A stretch of 64,000 bases of DNA, taken from Raillietiella orientalis. Taxonomy: Eukaryota. The stretch covers positions 558,001 through 622,000 of the forward strand of contig JAYWIR010000007.1 of NCBI GenBank assembly GCA_036172245.1, in the 5' to 3' direction. A program made the position numbers and the translations under genes. Below the pieces are notes generated by a model, which saw only the letters and a program-made list of their open reading frames with translations, was not told where the DNA came from and ran no database searches. This document shows positions 1 to 24,538 of the stretch, piece after piece (within the stretch, counting starts at the first letter, position 1; each line of letters opens with the position of its first letter).

Positions 1-299
1 AGAAACAGACGAAGGCCAGCTTTGCCTCCTATTTCTTTTTCTTGGCAGCTGGGCTGCGGTGCGAGCTGTTCCTCTCGCCTCCCGGCTTCCGTGGCAGCTA
101 GAGCCGTTGTGCAAGCTGTACAGCTTTCTGTACAGCTTACATAAGGGTGTTTGTATAGAAAACACGAGGTTCCCCGCAAAGATGTGGGAGGTGTGAAAAC
201 AGCAGCCTGCATAGATACCGTACTGCTGAAAAAACGTACATTTTGCAGTACAGGTGGGAGTCCCGAATTGGCACCTCTTCCAGGGAACCGGTTGAAATT

Positions 300-1720
300 T
301 GAAGCTACACACAGATTCCTGGTGGAGAAGTCGCCACCACCTCCATCGTTACGGAGGATCATGGGCTCGCAGACTCTTCTCAGTTGGAAAGACAGTTGAA
401 AGGCAAAATTGGCTACGTAGGACGAGCAGAAAATCGATCCACGCTGCAAACAAATAGGTCATTCGAAGAAACACAGTCAGTCCAAGATCAGCAGCGAAAC
501 GTCTTGAGGACACGCTTCAGGTGAAAGAAGGAGCAGCCCGGCACAGTCGCAGGACCTAAACCTCGCCATAATAAATAGGGTGCGACTGCGGCCTGAAGAG
601 CGCACGCTCGTTTCGTCGGAATCAGTTCGTTTATATTTTACTGATTCCATTCATTTTAAAGAAGGTAGCGTAAGCAAATGGAGCAGGGGGAGCATTTCCA
701 TCCCAGGCTTCCAGCACACATCCCAAGAGAACTGAATGCTCGAGCGCACACCACTGCTCCCTGATGTGCTCCGCCTGTCGTCGTGTCTTCTCCGCTCGAT
801 CCCGCTCCGGATCCCAAGACCACGGACGTCGAACGGAAGTTGCTCTACCGTCGAGAGTGCTCTCCTTCGATGGCGAAGTGAAGAACCGGTCCTCCACGTC
901 TGCTTCCCTTCCTTCGCCGCATCTCTTCTAGCGCCACGGTTCCATGCCCTCCTTGCGACGTGCGGGAGGATCCAGAAAAGCTTCGGTACCTTATGCTAAG
1001 TCGCTGTGCCAACAAGTCGGGAAGGAAAGGCGTGCCAACAAGTCAGCATGCAGGCACCTATGTCAGCTTCCTGGTGTCGCAAGACCTGGCCTTTCCGAAA
1101 GGGTGCAAAGTACAGTGTGATCCCATGGGGCTCAATCCGTGAGAAGGACAAAAAAGGCAGCTCATATGCGTCCTCCGCGCGAAAACAAAAAAAAAAAATG
1201 AAAATGAAAATGGAGCACCGGCACCAGAGGAATAGTCGCTCTAAGACATCAGATTTCCAGCATGTGCAGAAATAATGATGCCGTGGAGGCTTTTGTTTTT
1301 GTCTTGCTTTTTGCTTGGCTTTTTTCAAAGTGGTTTCGCGTGTCCATGCTCTGGCCCACGATCTTCCCGAGTGAGCTCGAGTACAGCATCAAAGCAGGCT
1401 CCTCTGATCGACGGCAGGAGATGGTCAAGCTCGGCTTGACCTTGCAAACGTGGGCGATCAGTAATTCAAAGTTTAAACGATGGCGTTCAAGCAACGGAAG
1501 GAGCAAGAAAGTCTTTGCTTTACAACTCCCCTACTTACCTCACTAAGTAGGGGAGCTGACCACATTCCCAGTGCCACTTGGGCCAGCAAATCTTCGGGCT
1601 TACTGGAAGTGTTTATGCAACTGCGTGGATGAAGGTTTGGCAATTGGCGCACTGCAGGAGTGGGACAGAAAGGGTGTCTTGGTACTTTCTTTCCAGGCTC
1701 AGCACCAACGTGTTCACCAC
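300..1720 (-). pseudogene. Decayed SHPRH-like gene fragment, copy 2
   Basis: Remnants in SHPRH order: LLQCANCQTFIH(A)SC PHD-like (~1660-1615), CKAKTFLLLP (~1520-1490), ADLLARLSF (~1045-1020), QLRRVCEP and TMEVVATSPPGIC (~385-310; cf. LRLRQACCHP...TMEELLTSLQKKC). Many stops and frameshifts. Confidence 0.38.
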
Positions 1721-2239
1721 GGAAATCTACCGCGCCGTGCTGCTCACCTGAGACTGCGAGACGAACAAATGAACCGGTATCCCGGATGGACAGAGTCACA
1801 GAGTGAAAGCTGGTGGACTCGAATCAACCGATTCTGGGAATGGGTTCCCAACTGCGATACTGGATCTGGTGCTCCAGGGCGATGGGAAGGAGTGATCATG
1901 CATTGCTTGCCCCTTCGAATTGTCAGCCGCAGCCGTAGGGGAGGCACGACAATGAGAGTAGGTACTGCGAGCCTAACCCCCCACTCCGTCGTTAGGGAAA
2001 CACCTACATCAGTGCGAGCGATCATCGTAGGGTTCTTGGATTCTTGGGTTCATGGGTTAAGGCGGACGACGACGGCAAGAGAAGGCTCAGAGCAGCGCAC
2101 ATCAGAAGAGAAAGGGAGCGCGCGAGATACATACACATACTTCGGGACACATGGTGGAAGAGCGAAACGGGTCAACGGTGGGTGGGGGGGGGGGGACAGA
2201 GCTGACATCAAGAACCGCGGCCACCTATCAGGACGAGGC

Positions 2240-3690
2240 GGTCAAGAGGCCAGTTGCAGAAAAGGCGGAGGATCCCAGTAGTCAACGCTTGCACTCCCCG
2301 TTAGCATTCTTCGTAAAAGAGAAAGAACAACCCAAATTGCCTTACGTAAATGCAGAACACGATCCTCGGTTACGGCTTCGGCAACCATCGCGACTGGGGA
2401 GCCAACGGGATGGTCGAAGGCAAAACGTTTGGAAAGCACGGCCAAAAAATCTTGGACACTTCGATCCATACCATGGTTTCATATTTTAATGTGATGTTGT
2501 AATGAAAACCCTTTAAATACAAACCATAAGTCCACAGAGGTGCCCTCACCCACGCTTATTGGGTAGACACGGATGCTTAAGCATCCGAGGGGCAAACTGC
2601 TTTCCTCGTTGAACCGGAGAGCCGTGGGGCAGGAAGCTCAAGCAATGAAATTGGAGTTCGAGTCTGTGTGGCACGCGTGGCGACTACTCCAAAGATCCGT
2701 CTTCTAAGGGATTCTACATCGATGATGGTTATGCAAGGGGGAACCGAGGGAAACTCTGGGCGACACGTGAAAATCCGTCCGCAAGAACACGTGCACATTC
2801 TGTTTCATATTCCCCTTTGCCCCATCTTTGTTTTGATCAGCACCGTGCTGCAGCTCTGACCAATGGTTCCGCTTCCTCGGACGCTCGACTTGAAATATTC
2901 TCTCATACCAGGGGCAGGCAGACGAACAAACGATAACCGGCGTGCCCGTCACAAACCAACCGGGAGTGCCGCAATGGGTCGGATCAGACTTCGCGATGGA
3001 ATGGTAACGTTCGAACCCTGAAGACGTCCGAACGAAAAGGGGCAGCCATTGCGCCTTGACGCTACCGAATCTATCTTGTGAGATCATCCTCCGAAACACG
3101 CCCACTGAGACAGGCTGCGAAAATTCGAACCCTTAAATCAGACACGCCAACGCGCTTGGGGTTTGCTTGCCGAACAGGGGCGGCTGGGTTTGGGGGGGCA
3201 GTCCTGCACCTGCTGCTTCCCTTCCTCTTCCCCACTTGGGTCATAACGCTCCGCTAAATCAGACGCCACAAACGCGCACGCATCCACTCGCAAAGCCGCT
3301 CGCCATACGAGACAAGGAAATCTCAGCATCCGATTCACTTCACTCCATGATCTCCGGTCTCCCCGAGAGGGAAGAAGATTGAAGGTTGCGGATTTCCCGT
3401 TTTCGATGGCGAGCCCCAGAGAGCATCGCGGGGCTGCCTGCGCATTCTTCGTCTAAAGGGATACGCACTTTACACTTTGCTGGGTGGCTGTCGCAGGCAC
3501 TCAGCAGAAGGCAAGAAGTGGCCGATTCCCAAGAGCGGGTGTTGTGGCCTTTCGGACCGCCGCTTCTCCAACGTGAGCCTCAGGGCAAGGGGGGTCTGCA
3601 GACACGGAACGACACGTGGCGCACGGCAGTTCCGCCTTCACGGCCGGTCATGCGGGCTCACTGGTGGAAACACACTGCGTGTCACAAGAC
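2240..3690 (-). pseudogene. Decayed SHPRH-like (PHD finger + SNF2 helicase) gene fragment, copy 1
   Basis: Collinear frameshifted remnants read by eye: PHD-like LPCATC...FC.ECL (~3630-3490); SPAML..HRKREIRNLQSSSL (cf. SPSSICHQWVDEINRHVRSSSL); DFLVSY; QPPLFG; GAT GA-TCT CAC AAG ATA = DE-SHKI with a 1-nt deletion (~3071-3088); WFVTGTP followed by GT (~2940); then MDRSVQDFLAVLS and LSLLRRML at 2469-2300. Confidence 0.5.
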
Positions 3691-4873
3691 CACTGCTCTT
3701 GTGCACAGCAAACTACCCCGAAAAACGCCCATCCACAATGCATGAATTTACATTCTTTATTTCAGTCCTAGGAACATGACGTACAAAAAAAAAAAGAATC
3801 GACACACTGCGATTTGCTGGTGGTGGATATCCCTTCGTCCTGCGTGCGTCTCCGTCTTCTTTTTTCTTTTTCCTTTCCAGTATCACAATGCATGACTTTT
3901 GCAAAATCATATTTTATTCTTAACTAAACGTAATTTACATAAAATGTTATCAGAGTATCTATGGTTACACTTTGCAATATTCAATAGATATATTACTCAG
4001 TTCCTTATTGCGGGAAGTCGTTTCCTTTCACAAGAAAACCAGGCATACGATTGCAACTGAGAAACATATATATAGCGAATGTTCAGCAACATAGTATCAT
4101 ATAAAAAACACATCATTCTTCTCACTGATTGGCAAGACTGAGAATTTGGAAAAAAGGCATGGAGACAATCCAGAAATAGAATTCTTCAAGTACGTATAGG
4201 AAAAATGGGAACGATATCGAACTTGATCCAGCGTTTAGGTTTCCCAAAAAGAAGAATCAGTGCTGCAATGAGAAGGCAAACATATTAAGCAACACGCCGT
4301 TTCACCGGGGCAACAGCACGCACGCACGCACGCACTCGCACGTGGAACACGGAAGTCAACCACTTGGGGAACGCACAGTCCCCCAAGCAGTGGTCGACTT
4401 CCACACACCTAACGCGTACCACGCGGTCTGGAAACACCTTTCAAGGCGCAAAGTACAGAGTAACACAATGGTACGGAAACCGAGACTCGACTGATTGCTC
4501 TCCGTATAGAGGAGAGCAAGCAGATGTCGATGCTGCCTGCCTCTAGCTTACCAGTGTAGGGAGTGCACGCTTCCCGTACACGGACTCTCGTTCTCATCAG
4601 AAAGTTCTCGAGTTTTTGAGAACAGAGAGCAAGCAGGCAAGCACATCACGGTTAGCGAAATTTTTGCTATCACAGGCAACAGCAATGATGCCTTCAACCG
4701 AAAAAAAAAAGAAAAAAAGAAAACCAATGATGTCTCAACCACTTACTTGATGCAACCGGGAGAGATACATTTTTCCTGTTATACCAAAATCCGTTGGGTA
4801 GAACTAATTAAAAAAAGTCTTCTTACAAAAGATTAGAGAAACATCTGGTCTCCTCCGGAGCCACATGGCTTAC

Positions 4874-18472
<13,599 letters not shown>

Positions 18473-18959
18473 ATTTTAAACCAAATAAATAATTCTTTTC
18501 ATGGTGCACTCTGAGCCCATGTTCACAAAATGTTTTTATCTGCATTATTTTTTTTAATGTACTGTTGCAGTTCACTCTATGATCAGCAGTATCATCAAAC
18601 TCAAGTCAAACTTTTTTATAATCAGTGTTCAAACAATATTTCGACCACAATGCTCACGAAAAGCAACCAAACCGATGCACAAATCCTACGCTTCAAATAC
18701 AAAATTATTGTGATAACTTTTTATATTCCAACACTTGATAAATCGGCGAAGAAATTTTATCGCAATTCACTACTTCGGTTGAGTGACGCGGTATCCAATT
18801 CACATAAATAACAGTATTAACACATTCGAACGAAAACATTTAGAATATTATTCTATAAAATGAAATTATTTTATCCTGAACATTATGAAATTTTAAAAAA
18901 ACTTCTTTTTTTATAACGAAACTTCAACTTTAATATATGCAACAATAACACAAACATAA

Positions 18960-19140
18960 AAGTTACACACGCCATTTTTCCTTTCTCTCTTTCTTTTATG
19001 TTTTTTTTTTTTTTCTTTTTTTCAAGAAATCTATTCTGCCATCTTTTCGCTGCATTCTTTAGCACCCTCAAGCGAGAGCAGCGACAAGTAGAACATTCGT
19101 CCAATCAGAACGCGAGTAACAGAAACTCGTTGACGTAGTT
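18960..19140 (-). promoter_or_regulatory. Probable exd core promoter / TSS region
   Basis: Local CpG-retaining patch upstream of the ATG within a CpG-poor block. It has YY1-like AAAATGGCG (~18970-18978) and AAGATGGC (~19038-19045) on the minus strand, CCAATCAG at 19101-19108 and TGACGT at 19131-19136. Inferred from motifs only. Confidence 0.4.
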
Positions 19141-22100
19141 TCACGAATAAAAATCAGGATAGCCTCATTTAACCATGAATTAATGATGGACAAAAACAGC
19201 AGATTATCTCCTAGGCTGTATAAATAGTACTAAATCTTTTCGAATTTAAGAATAAACCAGCATCATTTTATTTAATCTACCCTAATATGTGCTAAGGAGG
19301 CCGATGTGTACATTAGGAATGTTTAGTAGAAATGCTTCTCAATTAACGTTTCACATTTAACTCCTATTGTGTCTAGACACAAATGCTCAGTCACAACAGA
19401 AGTTTCAGAATTATATATTACAATGATTCTTTAGGTCTTTAACTTCATGCTGAATTGAAATACTTTTTTTTCTTTGTCTAGTCCGTAGTAATACAAATTG
19501 TGGCTTTCATCATGAACATGCAATAGTATCCAAATGTGTCCTATAATAATTACGCACAACATGTCTCCTATTTAGTGAATTCTAGTGCACTACAAGATAT
19601 TTATTTTTCATGAAGAGTCTTCGTTGAAAGGATCACAGTTATGCTCGCCTTCATCATGTATTCTATGGAGCAGTAATCCAAGATCGCATCGACTGTTGAC
19701 TTGTGAGTTCGATTAGTGATTGTGACAACATCACAAACATATTGACTGAAATTTTGCTTACTCATTTTTACTTACCCAACAATTTCTCATTGGATATTAT
19801 TTCATATTGACATATCAAAACAAAACTCAAGGATTGGTTGGAGATTTATGGAGTAATGATAAAAGCTTTAGAATCATTATTTCTTCTTCGCCTTCTTGCA
19901 GAAGATGGAAACAAAACTATGAGAAAACAACAGATTGAAAATGGAATAATTCCTTGAAACAGATATTCATTATCCATCACGGTTTTATTACCTAGAGGAT
20001 TCTTGCATTTGCTGACGCAGAATTGTTTACGTGGTACTATTTCCTCAGACAAAAGGAAGATTTGATTGATTTTACAAAGACGGCCTAAGTAATGAAATTC
20101 CAAAATGATCAGTATTAAAAACTCGTGAATTTACTTCATATTACAAATTCATCGACGCAGATATATTCTATTCGTTTTATGAATGAACTTTACTTTCATG
20201 AAAATAATTGTTTTTCCAATGTTCATACAATGCCTCTTATTTTGTTGATTGTTCTTAGTTTCTTCCATAGCCACTCAGTGTTGTCTATCTTGTTTAAATC
20301 TTCTTGGGCCTTATCCAAAGGAAAATCTAATACTCTTACATTCTAAGCTCTTACTTACACGTTGAGGCATCGCTATGGTCCCCATTGTTGCATTAACTTT
20401 GTATTAGCTCACCATATGATCCTTTTCTGCCACATTTTCCACCCTGATCAACATAAGCACCAAACAAAGCATCAAAAGTATTCTCTAATCACATGAAATT
20501 ACAGACCCTTGTTAGTCTTTGTGAAGACATTTCTGAGAAGACTTTTTTTCATTGAAAGACATAAAATCGACTCACACGGATAGAAAAATGTTCTGGTATG
20601 AATCGTTAGACGCCCATAGTCAAACACTCGGCCAGTCTTTTTTTTAACTGGAACTTTGATTAGATGTGATTGGAATTCTTTGTCATGCCTAAGTGATCTG
20701 CAGAGGACAGGTGTTATTACTTTTATGCAAAATTACGCTTGTCAGTGTGCACGCACACTTCTTCCATTAAACCCTGTTCTTCATCCAGTTTGGAAATAAC
20801 TATCTGTAGCTCGTGGGTATTTTGAGAGCATATATTTTGTAAATTGCCACACCTAGTGTCAAGAAGCATCAAGATAGATGTTCTCCATGATTTGGAAGAT
20901 TCAGAATTTTTTTTTTTTTTAAACTGCTGAATACAAGCAATATACTTCGGAATTCTGCAGTTATCGATGACTTTATGAAAACACTTCAAAAGCTAAATCT
21001 GACAAACCGTGCGTACATCATAGTGAATTTGCAATCACGCATCAATGTGCCCAAAACATGCACCGCCTTTTTTGAAAGCAAATGAATCGAAAATTTATAC
21101 TAGATGATGCTGATGTAGTAACTAAAAATCTGAAAGAAAATCTTGCTTGTCAATCAAGTGAATGAATGCTCATTTGGCAATCGGATAGTGGGTGAAGTTA
21201 CGTGTTTCTAATAATAAGACGTAATAGGGCACACCTATGTCAATAGTTATCTCAGCATCCACAGATCTCCATAAGTTTCTGATTGACTGCAGTGCTACCT
21301 AAACCTGTTGCACTCTGCCAGATTCTCTATTTCAATTTTTTTTTCTTATAATGATCATGAACAATTTATAACTGTTCGTACAATTTGTTCCATTGCTCTT
21401 ACCGTAATCTACTCACTGATTTAAAATTATTCAAACACGCTTCATTTCAGATCTCCATTGAAGTAGTTCATGAAGCACCCTTTTACTGTTTAATTGATAA
21501 ATCTCTTGATTTTAAACACGTTAATTCGTGAATCCTCTGCAACGTTGATTAGGAGCAAAATCAATGAAACTTTGTCAGGAGCGAAATTGTGCTTATAGGG
21601 AAGCTTCTCTGTGCAACATTACGGTTCCCGACTCAACTTATCATTTTAAAAGCCTAAGAATGTGAAGATGTGGAGGAAACAATTTCAGTATCGCTGATGC
21701 ATTCATAATTTAAGCCCGTAAGCAGTAAGATTGCATATTATTGTTCATGATCAATATTTAATAAAGCAGTTTACGTTGAATCCCTACTGTATGAATTAAA
21801 ATGGATTTAAATTTTTCCGAGTGTATTGGCAAGTAATCCCTGGGATGTGAAATTTTGAAAATCTTTGCATTTAACCGACGCATTAAAATGTTGACTTGTA
21901 ATCTTTCCCAAAAGTTTATTACAAAAGCTGTGCCAAATGCAGACGGAGCATGAAAACGCGTATGGCGAAAACTTCAATATAAGAATTTCTAAAGGAGTAT
22001 CGGAGGATATTTGAAATAAACTCCACGATTTTATTCAAAAATTCAATTCTGATCGATTTAAATATAACACAGTGTTGATGAAATCAGGAATTGATTCCTG

Positions 22101-22225
22101 ATGCAATAATCACCAGTGACTAGTTTGGTATATCACAGCAGTATTATACAAAATATATAAACAGTTTAAAAGAATTTGCTTAGGCACTGCAAAAAAACAT
22201 TAGATTTGATGGATGAAGGTAACTG

Positions 22226-24538
22226 CTAAGATTTTGCAACTCTTTTCAAATCCTGAAGAGCTTTGGCTGTTATGACACCATGTACCTGACCATGGCTTTG
22301 AAAAAACATTTTGGGGCATCCTAACACAGACATATTGGCATTGCTGGTGAACTGCCGTCTTCCCAATGAAGGCTTTTCATGAATTGCTGGAGCTGAGTTC
22401 TGTGAAAGTTTCTGTATGAAGAAGCTTTATTAAGACTCCTATTCTACCTGGCGATGGCAGTGAAAGGCATTTTTGCAATAGTCAGCATTACACATGACAG
22501 AGTTTTGAGGATTGCTTCCACAGTTATTTCCCAAAACTGAAATACGAACCTCTCAATATGTAATTTCAAAGAACTTTTTCCCAAACAATCCAACAACCTA
22601 CACCAAACCCAGAACAAAACTAACCAATACCATATTTTTTGACTTTTGCTTTTTCATTTTGTACTTTCTGGATCTTTTTCTCAGCATCTAGGCAAGGGGA
22701 TGAGGTGAAAGTTGGCAACTTTGATCCACTTTTGGGTACTTTCCAATCAATTGAAATGGTATTTGGCTTGCAGTGAGCCTTAGAAATGTCATCCATAACA
22801 GTGGGGCTGTACAGTTGGTGCCGATATTCAGCCACACTGAGCTGTATGTCATCACTTAAAGCCAAACTCACTCTGCTCGCCATGCTGAACTCCTCTCGGG
22901 GATTATGGAACCTACAAGCCAGTGATCCAGAAGATTAAGCAATAATAATCTTACAAAAGCACATAGGGATGCTTCAGTGCCATTTCAGCTGTGATTCTCT
23001 TGTAGGGGTTAAATACAAGCAACTTTTCTAATAAGTCAATGGCATCTTCTGAAGCTAAAGGTAACAACTTGCGAAAGCTGATTTGCCTTTTATTTCCAAT
23101 CTTTTCGATAATACTCTGTGCATAAGGAGAGTCTATGCTTTTCACATCTGTAAACATGTAAGTATACCATCCTTTACCAAACAAGTTTATTTACCAGCAG
23201 ATGATGGCATAGGGATGTGTGTCATGATCTTCTCTAACTGATTTAAAGTTGATGTTCCAGGAAATAAAGGTTCCCCAAGCAACATTTCACCATGAATACA
23301 TCCAAGGCTCCACATATCCACTCCTTTAGTGTATCTACTGGCAAATTGGGTTGGTTATTTCACTGCACCAGTTTACCTTTTAGAAGCAAGCAACATTTCA
23401 GGTGCACGATACCATCTGGTTGCCACATAGTCAGTCAGGGTAGGATCTCCATGACCCACAAAATCAGTTACTTGGGTCAGAGAGCGGGCTAAACCAAAGT
23501 CTGCTAATTTACAATTACACTCTGTATCAAGTAAAACATTTGAAGGCTGAATATTCCTTTAGTAGTTCATCATTTAATTAGATCCTCAACCTTTTGATCA
23601 CGATGAATTATATTTCCAGAATGAAGGTACTTAGTGGCTTTCAATAACTGGTACATTATGTACCGTTTATGGATGTCTTTCAAGATATTCTCTTTAATAA
23701 CACAATCCAAGTCAGAATCTGAAAAACAAAAACATCAAATAAACACACGACTCGACATCTAAGACTCAAAGCAGTTTCACTATTGCAAACAATGACATTA
23801 AACTCCAAACTGAAAAAGATAATGAAACAAGTCGTTTCATAATATTTCAGTTGCAGATTTCGGATATATGTAGCCTCATGGTAACAAACTAAAGGTTTTC
23901 TTCTACAAAATTACAAAAATTAATTTGTGACTATTGCACTACAATATTCAGAGAATGTCATAGTTCTGCAATCAAAACTTACAATAATGAAATTTTACTT
24001 AAAATAAAAGTTTTTTAAAGTCTTTATAGTCATCATCAAGCTATATCCACATTCAATAAACTCAATGCCTTTTGTTGACTATGTTTGTTTGTTGTAGTCT
24101 ACTAACCCATGTATTCAAAGATTAGATATATATCCTTATTATTCTCAGCTTTCATGACCTTAAGCAATTTAATTATGTTTGGGTGTTTCAATTCCTTAAG
24201 GAGCTTGACTTCCCTGAAAGTTCTCTGGGCATCAATTAGATTTCGAAAGGCATCAAAGATTTTTTTTATTGCTACAACACCACCAGTGTTTTTGTCAATT
24301 CCTTTCCAAACGATACCATACGACTAAAAACAAACTCATATTAGGCAGAGATGACAAGTCTTTGGTAAGAATGTTCCCTAATGAAATTGCCAAACTTTCC
24401 AAGAATTAAAAGACATATTACCCCTTTTCCGATTCTCTTCTTGAATTCGTAGAATTTGCAGATATGCTCATCTACTTCATGAGTACAATTTTTCGATTTG
24501 GATGTATCACAGTACCGATTCCCAGCCATTTTCAACAT
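22226..24538 (-). CDS. MAPK15: Mitogen-activated protein kinase 15 (ERK7/ERK8), 9 exons, ~506 aa
   Basis: In-frame GT-AG exons (1521 nt incl. stop): 24422-24538 (alternative ATG 24529), 24107-24323, 23591-23718, 23377-23546, 23195-23334, 22955-23147, 22631-22911 (alternative same-phase donor at 22625), 22448-22536, 22226-22411. Motifs: [73 protein letters not shown], and the MAPK15-type tail [18 protein letters not shown]. The last two exons are less certain than the kinase exons. Confidence 0.95.

Noticed and set aside
4575..4602. CTGATGAG hammerhead-like core on the minus strand
   Set aside because: There is no stem II followed by GAAA and no flanking helices.
23426..23434. TDY rather than TEY activation motif, and HRDQK rather than HRDLK, in MAPK15
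   Set aside because: To my knowledge both variants already occur within the MAPK15/ERK7 subfamily, so they support the call rather than indicate novelty.
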